Shown here: in pieces, positions 26,796 through 32,000 of the stretch
How the letters are laid out: every line of letters begins with the position of its first letter
How positions within the stretch are numbered: position 1 is the first letter of the stretch
Notes under the pieces: generated by a model
The model's database searches: none
Told to the model about the DNA's origin: nothing
Seen by the model: the letters and a program-made list of their open reading frames with translations, nothing else
Assembly: GCF_900105015.1 (NCBI RefSeq)
Contig: NZ_FNLK01000014.1
Location: forward strand, 60,001-92,000
DNA length: 32,000 nucleotides
DNA from: Schaalia meyeri
GTDB taxonomy: Bacteria; Actinomycetota; Actinomycetes; Actinomycetales; Actinomycetaceae
Reading direction: 5' to 3'
Position numbers and translations under genes: made by a program

Positions 26796-28466
26796 ATGCG
26801 AGTAGTAGTCGTCGGAGGCGTCGCGGGCGGCATGAGCGCGGCGGCGCGCCTGCGTCGCCGTGACGAGACTGCGCAGATCATCGTCCTGGAACGGGGCAGC
26901 TACGTTTCGTTCGCAAACTGTGGCCTTCCGTACTACGTCAGCGGTGAGATCGCCGATCCCGCCAAGCTGCTCCTGCACACTCCGCAATCCCTGAAGGCAG
27001 CCCTCAACCTGGATGTGCGGATCAACTCCGAGGTCACCGGGATCGACTCCGGCGAACACTGCGTCAAGGTCGCCAGCACAGACACCGGCGAAACCTACAC
27101 GCTCTCCTACGATCATCTGATCCTTTCCCCCGGGGCATTCGCCAACCGTCCCCCGATCGAGGGTCTGGACTCCCCGCGCGTACGTACCCTCCGCACGGTC
27201 GATGACGCGCTCGCGCTTCGACAGGCTCCGGGCGCTCGCGCTGTCGTCTTGGGTGCCGGTTTCGTTGGCGTCGAAGCCGCCGAGGCGCTCGCGTGCCGTG
27301 GTCTTGAGACGCACCTCGTCGAGTTCGCTGACCACGTCTTACCGCCGCTTGAGGTCGAGATGGCAACGCTGGTAACGGAGGAGCTCCGTAACCTCGGCAT
27401 TCAGGTCCACGCCGGCGTCGCCGCCCGGACCATTGCGCGCGGCGAGGAATGCGATTCCGTGACACTTTCCGACGGTACCGTGCTGCACGCCGACGTCATC
27501 GTCCTATCGACGGGCGTGCGCCCAGATACGGCGTTCGTCGAGGCTGCAGGTATCGAAACCAGCCGCGGCTATATCCTCATCGATCGCCAGGGGCACACCA
27601 GCGCTGACAACATCTACGCCATCGGAGACGGAACTATCGGCCCAGATGAGGAACGCCCAGTCACGCTGGCGGGCCCAGCGAACCGTGGCGGCCGCCTAAT
27701 CGCAGACGCGATAGCCGACCGAGAACACGGCACCGATACTGCCCGTCGCATTCCGAAGCCGCAGGGCACGGCGATTGTTCGGGTCGGCACGCGGACTGCT
27801 GCCATGACCGGTGCTAACCGCGCGACCCTGGATGCGGCGGGCATCGAATACTTCACGGTGCACACGCACGCGAACCAGCACGCGGGCTATTTCCCGGGCG
27901 CGCAGCCGGTACACATTCTCATGCACGTGGGCGTCGATGGCGAGATTCTTGGCGCGCAAGCTGTGGGCGTTGACGGCGTGGACCGGCGTATTGACGTCAT
28001 CGCGACCGCGATGCGAGCTCGCCTGAAAGCCGCGGACCTGATTGATCTGGATCTGGCGTACTCACCACCATACGGCCAAGCCAAAGACCCGGTGAACCAG
28101 ACCGGTATGGTTGCCCACAACGTGTTGACCGGGGAGCTGGCACTGACCAGCCCGAGCGAGCTAACCGAGGATACGCCGGTACTGGACGTACGCTCGGCAG
28201 CCGAATATGCGGCCGGCCACATGAGAAAATCGTTGAACATTCCACATACTGAGCTGCGCGACCGCCTCGACGAGGTGCGAGCCTGGGTCGACGAAGAAGT
28301 TGGTGACCGGCCATTCGTCGTCATGTGCGCTGCCGGCGTGCGTTCATGGATTGGCTACCGCATTGTGCGTGCGGCAGGCTTCAACGTAACCATGCTGTCG
28401 GGGGGCATCCAGTCGCTGCGAGCATGGCTCGGTGACCGTTCGGGCGCCGTGCTGGTCAAGGGGTAG
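26796..28466 (+). CDS. CoA-disulfide/persulfide reductase fused to a C-terminal rhodanese domain (CoADR-RHD / Npsr / CoAPR type)
   Basis: ATG 26796. The FAD motif is VVVVGGVAGGMSAA, the redox Cys is in SFANCGLPYY, and the NAD(P)H motif is VVLGAGFVGVE. The rhodanese active-site loop VVMCAAGVRS lies in the last ~100 aa. Confidence 0.9.
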   Translation: MRVVVVGGVAGGMSAAARLRRRDETAQIIVLERGSYVSFANCGLPYYVSGEIADPAKLLLHTPQSLKAALNLDVRINSEVTGIDSGEHCVKVASTDTGETYTLSYDHLILSPGAFANRPPIEGLDSPRVRTLRTVDDALALRQAPGARAVVLGAGFVGVEAAEALACRGLETHLVEFADHVLPPLEVEMATLVTEELRNLGIQVHAGVAARTIARGEECDSVTLSDGTVLHADVIVLSTGVRPDTAFVEAAGIETSRGYILIDRQGHTSADNIYAIGDGTIGPDEERPVTLAGPANRGGRLIADAIADREHGTDTARRIPKPQGTAIVRVGTRTAAMTGANRATLDAAGIEYFTVHTHANQHAGYFPGAQPVHILMHVGVDGEILGAQAVGVDGVDRRIDVIATAMRARLKAADLIDLDLAYSPPYGQAKDPVNQTGMVAHNVLTGELALTSPSELTEDTPVLDVRSAAEYAAGHMRKSLNIPHTELRDRLDEVRAWVDEEVGDRPFVVMCAAGVRSWIGYRIVRAAGFNVTMLSGGIQSLRAWLGDRSGAVLVKG

Positions 28467-28474
28467 GACAGCGC

Positions 28475-28780
28475 ATGGCAACGCACGCACAGATCGTGAA
28501 TCGTCTCAAACGTGCTCGCGGGCAACTCGATGGCCTCATCGCACAACTAGAGAGCGGGGATGCGAACTGCCGGGATGTGCTGACTCAGTTCGCAGCAGTT
28601 AATTCCGCGGTGCGCCGTGCCAGCTACCTCGCGGTCGCGACGGTCATGTCGCAGTGCGCACTCGAGATCGCCGACTCAGAAGACGAAGGCGCCCGCGCGG
28701 CTGCGAAGCCGGAGCCGATTGTGAAAACGGACAAGATAACGATCAAAGAACTCGAGCAACTGTTCCTCAGCCTGGCCTGA
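28475..28780 (+). CDS. CsoR/RcnR-family repressor, CstR-like (two-Cys, no-His sensing site)
   Basis: The family pattern is VNRLKRARGQLDGLIAQLE...CRDVLTQFAAVNSAVRRA...SQCALE. Both conserved Cys are present. The position four residues before the second Cys, which is His in Cu-sensing CsoR, is Val here. The gene starts 8 nt after the reductase stop. Confidence 0.8.
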   Translation: MATHAQIVNRLKRARGQLDGLIAQLESGDANCRDVLTQFAAVNSAVRRASYLAVATVMSQCALEIADSEDEGARAAAKPEPIVKTDKITIKELEQLFLSLA

Positions 28781-28873
28781 GGCCAACACGAATCCGCTTC
28801 GAAAACAGATTCTTCCAACAACACGCAACGAATCCACAGCGGATCCGAGGCGCAACATCATAAGGAGAAAACA

Positions 28874-29053
28874 ATGTGTCGACCAACTGTCTGCGAGGTG
28901 TGTGGCAAGACCACGTGGAAAGGATGCGGTCAGCATATCGACAAGGTGAAGGCGACAGTTCCCGCAGACCAGTGGTGCAACGGACAACACACCGACGAGG
29001 AACGCTCCGCTGTCCGCGGGAAACGCGGCCTGTTCGGATGCTTCTTCCGCTGA
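28874..29053 (+). CDS. Small Cys-rich protein (59 aa, below the ORF-track cutoff)
   Basis: A perfect AAGGAG lies 5 nt upstream of ATG 28874. The translation is MCRPTVCEVCGKTTWKGCGQHIDKVKATVPADQWCNGQHTDEERSAVRGKRGLFGCFFR (6 Cys, 2 His). The CxxC...GCGQH N-terminus resembles a small conserved actinobacterial protein family (from memory, unverified). Confidence 0.6.
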   Translation: MCRPTVCEVCGKTTWKGCGQHIDKVKATVPADQWCNGQHTDEERSAVRGKRGLFGCFFR

Positions 29054-29197
29054 GCGGCCGACCCGCCTCCGCGCGGTGGGTGACCTGAAACCCAGTGGGA
29101 AGCAGGTGCTTGACGCAGTCGTAGACGAGTGGGACATCCCTGTGGCTGCGGGCCATGGGATATCCGGGGTGAATCTCATCAAGTTCGCACCTGACGG

Positions 29198-29227
29198 GTC
29201 CGACACCGCCGTCAGGCGGTGTCGGAC
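29198..29227. other. Perfect 13-bp stem hairpin (GTCCGACACCGCC-GTCA-GGCGGTGTCGGAC)
   Basis: Read directly from the sequence. There is no flanking T-tract on either strand. It may be the terminator of a lost minus-strand gene, because a 22-codon minus-strand remnant ending ...GLAKAIAATLSDTA stops inside the loop. Confidence 0.4.
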
Positions 29228-29392
29228 AGAGTCGCGGCGATCGCCTTAGCTAGGCCGGTGCGCGTGTCAGTGACACTCACGAGATCATTGCGCTACGCCG
29301 CGAGGCGGGAACCCACTCATCGCTCTTGTTGGGTGGGGGTGCCACAGTGCCAGGCCCTATTCTTCTCTGCAAGACGGACGTATCATTGAGTC

Positions 29393-29758
29393 ATGAGGTG
29401 GGCGACAAGATCAACGTGGGCTCGCATCGGCGTGCTGTTCAGCATCTACCTGCTGATTCCGGCACTCTGGTCTGGCTTCTCGAGCGGCTCGGAAGTAACT
29501 GAGGTCGTGAAAGGCCTCGCGTTCCTGATCCTGCTCGTCATCTTGCCGCTGGTTGCTATTGGAATAGGTGCCTGGGATGGCGTGAAGGAAGGCTTCAGCC
29601 TCCTGTGGGTGCTTGCGCCATTCCTGTGTTTTCTGGCGCCGATGTTTCTGTTCTTCAACGAAAGCGCCCTCATCTATGGGGCGGCCTACAGCGTCCTCGG
29701 TGTCGCAGCTCATGCCCTCGGCGCGTTTGTCTATTCGCGTCGCCGTGGGCGGGTGTGA
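29393..29758 (+). CDS. Hypothetical small integral membrane protein (about 4 TM helices)
   Basis: 121-aa ORF with four hydrophobic segments and a basic C-terminus (SRRRGRV). I recognise no family. Codon usage looks coding-like, but no strong SD is seen. Confidence 0.45.
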   Translation: MRWATRSTWARIGVLFSIYLLIPALWSGFSSGSEVTEVVKGLAFLILLVILPLVAIGIGAWDGVKEGFSLLWVLAPFLCFLAPMFLFFNESALIYGAAYSVLGVAAHALGAFVYSRRRGRV

Positions 29759-29773
29759 TGGTCGTAGGTCGCT

Positions 29774-29874
29774 GCGGATAGGAAACGGCCTCGTGGATAG
29801 GTTATGGGCATCTGGATAGCTTATTTTCCTATCCACGTGGCTATAACCTATCCGCAAGAAGACAACCTATCCGC
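29774..29874. repeat. Iteron-like array: six GGATAGG sites on a 19-bp phase, three forward then three inverted
   Basis: GGATAG starts at 29776, 29795 and 29814 on the + strand. CCTATCC starts at 29828, 29847 and 29866. The outer pair is GCGGATAGG / CCTATCCGC. The middle pair is GTGGATAGGTTAT / ATAACCTATCCGC, matching at 12 of 13 positions. The spacers between sites are not conserved. Confidence 0.8.
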
Positions 29875-30089
29875 GAGTAGCGCTCGTGGGTGTCGTTGAC
29901 CGCGTTCTCGTACCCAGCTCGGCGAGGGGGTGGGGCGCGTGCGCTTCCTCGATAGCCGCCACGGGTGGTCGCGGCTCCATCTGGCTGTGGCGGGGACTTG
30001 ACGCAGCTCATGGCCTCGCCTGTCAAACCGTTGCTCCCCAATATGTTCCCGGAGAAATGGGTAGCATTGATGCGAACGGAGGTACCGAC

Positions 30090-30734
30090 ATGGCCTTTGA
30101 TTTCAAAAAGGAATATAAGGAACTCTATGCGCCCAAGAAGGGGCCGAGCATCGTCGAGGTGCCGCGCATGACGTACGTGGCTGTGCGCGGCAGCGGCGAC
30201 CCCAACGAGCAGGGTGGGGCCTACCAGCGGGCGATCGCCACCCTGTACGGGGTCTCCTACGCGATCAAGATGAGCAAGAAAGGGGCGCGCGAGATCGACG
30301 GCTACTTCGACTTTGTCGTGCCGCCGCTCGAAGGGTTTTGGTGGCAGGACAATGTCAGGGGAGTCGACTACGCCCACAAGGAGACCTTCAACTGGATCTC
30401 GGTCATCCGCCTCCCCGACTTCGTGACCCGCGAGGACTTCTGCTGGGCCGTAGAGGAAGCGACCAAGAAAAAGAAGATGGACTTTTCCGCAGCCGAGTAT
30501 CTGACGATCGACGAGGGGCTGTGCGTGCAATGCATGCACGTCGGAAGCTACGACGATGAACCCGCCACTGTCGAGGCCATGCACGCCTACGTGGAAGAGA
30601 ACGGATACGCGCTCGACCTGACGGATGATCGCCTGCATCATGAAATCTACCTGGGGGATGCTCGCAAGGTTGCCCCCGAGAAACTCAGGACGGTCATTCG
30701 TCACCCGGTGAAGCGGGTGAATGCCACCCTCTGA
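30090..30734 (+). CDS. GyrI-like small-molecule-binding domain protein
   Basis: ATG 30090 follows GGAGG. MAFDFKKEYKELYAPKKGPSIVEVPRMTYVAVRGSGDPNE... and ...HHEIYLGDARKVAPEKLRTVIRHPV are typical of stand-alone GyrI-like (SOUL/AraC-effector-fold) proteins. The upstream part of tracked ORF 29886..30734 is not protein-like. Confidence 0.8.
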   Translation: MAFDFKKEYKELYAPKKGPSIVEVPRMTYVAVRGSGDPNEQGGAYQRAIATLYGVSYAIKMSKKGAREIDGYFDFVVPPLEGFWWQDNVRGVDYAHKETFNWISVIRLPDFVTREDFCWAVEEATKKKKMDFSAAEYLTIDEGLCVQCMHVGSYDDEPATVEAMHAYVEENGYALDLTDDRLHHEIYLGDARKVAPEKLRTVIRHPVKRVNATL

Positions 30735-30864
30735 GGGCGGTTGGGCGGTCGCCCCTCTCGCGGGTGAGTCTTTCCGGGCCTTATCGGCGGCGGTGAACCT
30801 GCTGGCTTGGAAACCATTTCCCGGGTACTGTTGGCCTGTTGACCCCTACATGAAGGAGCAGAAG

Positions 30865-31182
30865 ATGCTAGTTGTCACGACCCCAACTGTCGAAGGCATG
30901 CCGATTAAGCAGTACATCGGGATGGTGTCGGGCGAGACTTTCGCCGGCGTCAACATGTTCAAGGACTTTGGTGCTGGCCTGTCCAACATGTTCGGCGGGC
31001 GTGCCTCCCAGTACGAGGAGGAAATCGGAAACGCGTCCGCGACCGCCGTCAACGAGATGTGCACCCGCGCCCAAGCCATGGGAGCGAACGCCGTCGTCGG
31101 GGTGAAGGTCGACTACTTCACGGCCGGAACCAACAACGGCATGCTCGCCGCAATCGCGACCGGTACGGCGGTCATTCTCTGA
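30865..31182 (+). CDS. YbjQ/UPF0145-family protein ('heavy-metal-binding' domain)
   Basis: AAGGAG lies 6 nt upstream of ATG 30865. MLVVTTPTVEGMPIKQYIGMVSGE...GANAVVGVKVDY...GTAVIL is the characteristic YbjQ pattern. The protein is 105 aa. Confidence 0.85.
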   Translation: MLVVTTPTVEGMPIKQYIGMVSGETFAGVNMFKDFGAGLSNMFGGRASQYEEEIGNASATAVNEMCTRAQAMGANAVVGVKVDYFTAGTNNGMLAAIATGTAVIL

Positions 31183-31242
31183 TTGGCCGTTGTTGGCGAT
31201 AGCCCGAAACTTCGCGGTGGATTGGTTAGTTGTGTGGGTGGG

Positions 31243-31279
31243 CCCGCGTCCCTGGAGTTTTCTGGGGGCGCGGGTTTTT
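31243..31279 (+). terminator. Rho-independent terminator after the YbjQ-family gene
   Basis: A 10-bp stem (CCCGCGTCCC / GGGGGCGCGGG, one G:U pair) with a ~10-nt loop is followed by TTTTT (31275-31279). Confidence 0.75.
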
Positions 31280-31320
31280 GTGTGTGGGTGATGGTGGGTG
31301 GGGTTTGGTTTGGTTGATCC

Positions 31321-31356
31321 TGTGGGTGTGGGTGTGGGTGTGGGTGTGGGTGTGGG
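31321..31356 (+). repeat. Perfect hexanucleotide microsatellite (TGTGGG)x6
   Basis: Six exact tandem copies read directly from the sequence. They are flanked by further degenerate GT-rich sequence. Confidence 0.95.
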
Positions 31357-31535
31357 TGTGTGGTGTGTTGGTTAAAGTCTCAGTGTTTTTTCAGGCTGTA
31401 TTGTCGTTGTGGCAAGGTTGGTTTTTTATGGTTGGTGTTGTCACAAGGGAATACGGCACGGGCCGCTGGGGTCCGGGGTATGCCGACGAGATATTTTTGA
31501 GGAGCCTTCTGGGAGTACTTGCACTGTGTTGATGG

Positions 31536-31579
31536 GATATGCTGTGGGGCCGACCGAGAGGTCGGCCCCACAGCATATC
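31536..31579. repeat. Perfect 20-bp-stem palindrome (GATATGCTGTGGGGCCGACC-GAGA-GGTCGGCCCCACAGCATATC)
   Basis: Read directly from the sequence. It produces the mirrored artefactual ORFs (MLWGRP.GRPHSIS) on both strands. Confidence 0.9.
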
Positions 31580-31884
31580 TGCGCTTTGTTCCAGTCGTGG
31601 AAGGAAGGATCGTTGGAGATGGGAAGCGCGCCTCTGCGCTGCACCGCTCGAAGCAGACGAATGCGCCGGTCGCGGCCTGTTTCACGGTCGCGATGAGCTG
31701 AACGATTGGGAAGTTTGGGTGACGTGTGGCACATAATGTGGGATTTTGAGATCAAAATGGGTGGCATTTTCGTGAAATCCGCGAAATTTGGCACTAAAGT
31801 CGGCGAAATGGCCGGAGATTTCGTAGTGTGTGTTTCGAGGCCACGACAGTGGTAACCAAGAACGAACAGGAATGAGGTTTCTCA

Positions 31885-32000
31885 ATGTCCGTGAACCGTA
31901 CCGAGCTTGTCGCTCAGATTGCCGAACGCGCCGACCTGACCAAGGCGAAGGCCGACGAGGCCCTGGCTGCCTTCCAGGCCGTCCTCGTTGAGTCCCTGGC
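31885..32000 (+). CDS. hup: HU-family nucleoid-associated DNA-binding protein, N-terminal part (3' end lies outside the window)
   Basis: ATG 31885. MSVNRTELVAQIAERADLTKAKADEALAAFQAVLVESL is the canonical HU/IHF N-terminus. Confidence 0.85.
   Translation, partial: MSVNRTELVAQIAERADLTKAKADEALAAFQAVLVESL

Larger units (their letters stand above)
25257..31279. mobile_element. Probable decayed genomic island integrated at the ssrA 3' end (boundaries uncertain, no attR found)
   Basis: An integrase N-terminal fragment lies immediately 3' of the tmRNA, which is a classic island integration site. About 1 kb of coding-poor DNA follows and looks lower in G+C by eye. After that comes a same-strand block of accessory-type genes ending at a strong terminator. 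I could not find a repeat of the tmRNA 3' end downstream. Confidence 0.3.

Noticed and set aside
28676-29206. 176-aa and 129-aa minus-strand ORFs opposite the CsoR-family gene and the small Cys-rich ORF
   Set aside because: They lie antisense to two ORFs with strong SD sequences and family motifs. Only the last ~22 codons near 29210-29280 look like a genuine but orphaned C-terminal remnant.
29774-29874. Considered whether the phased repeats are a mini-CRISPR array
   Set aside because: The conserved cores are only 7-13 bp on a 19-bp period, half are inverted, and there are no cas genes. This does not fit CRISPR repeat-spacer geometry.
31230-31532. 100-aa ORF encoding ...LWVWVWVWVWVWVC...
   Set aside because: The (VW)n stretch is simply the translation of the TGTGGG microsatellite. 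The ORF starts inside a terminator hairpin and has no SD.
31391-31736. Mirrored ORFs on both strands beginning MLWGRP.GRPHSIS
   Set aside because: Both arise from reading the 20-bp palindrome at 31536-31579 in each direction, so they are a symmetry artefact and not genes.
31771-31825. Repeated G(T/C)GAAAT words upstream of the HU gene
   Set aside because: These are three short A-tract-containing words with irregular spacing (8 and 22 nt). They fit a generic curved, A+T-rich promoter region and are not specific enough to call a binding-site array.
25257-32000. Searched by eye for an attR copy of the tmRNA 3' end (GGGGGTTCGATTCCCCCCATCTCCACC or its last 15-20 nt)
   Set aside because: I saw no convincing second copy downstream. 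The island boundary therefore stays unproven, and a proper alignment is needed.

Overview
This is a high-G+C actinobacterial chromosome segment. The gene content looks Actinomycetaceae-like, but that is inference: no search was run and every product call rests on motif recognition. From left to right there are five blocks. (1) 1-12.6 kb is a cell-wall or exopolysaccharide locus. It holds a Gfo/Idh/MocA oxidoreductase fragment, three GT-B glycosyltransferases, a Wzx-like flippase, a nucleotide-sugar dehydrogenase, a secreted trimodular autolysin (amidase, about 10 cell-wall-binding repeats, glucosaminidase), a fused rmlC-rmlD, rmlA, a GT2 and a DUF2304 membrane protein. (2) 12.7-18.4 kb has an APH/Mph-like kinase-fold gene facing away from a Tad/Flp pilus operon: tadA, tadB, tadC, a 57-aa pilin-like ORF missing from the ORF track, and three TadE-like pseudopilins. 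(3) 18.4-25.3 kb is housekeeping: gdhA, prfB, ftsE, ftsX, a coiled-coil M23 peptidase, smpB and ssrA (tmRNA) with its promoter and terminator. (4) 25.3-31.3 kb is an accessory region next to the tmRNA 3' end. It contains a truncated tyrosine-integrase remnant, about 1 kb of coding-poor DNA, and a CoA-disulfide/persulfide reductase-rhodanese fusion with a CsoR/CstR-family repressor behind a promoter whose spacer is a perfect 16-bp palindrome. It also contains a 59-aa Cys-rich ORF missing from the ORF track, a small membrane protein, a GyrI-like protein and a YbjQ protein. (5) The 5' end of an HU gene closes the window. The least explained signals are all non-coding. One is a 101-bp array of six GGATAGG sites on a strict 19-bp phase, three forward then three inverted. 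Another is a strongly G+T-skewed tract with a perfect (TGTGGG)6 microsatellite that has G-quadruplex potential. The third is a 20-bp perfect-stem palindrome. I found no CRISPR array, rRNA, tRNA or recognisable defence system.
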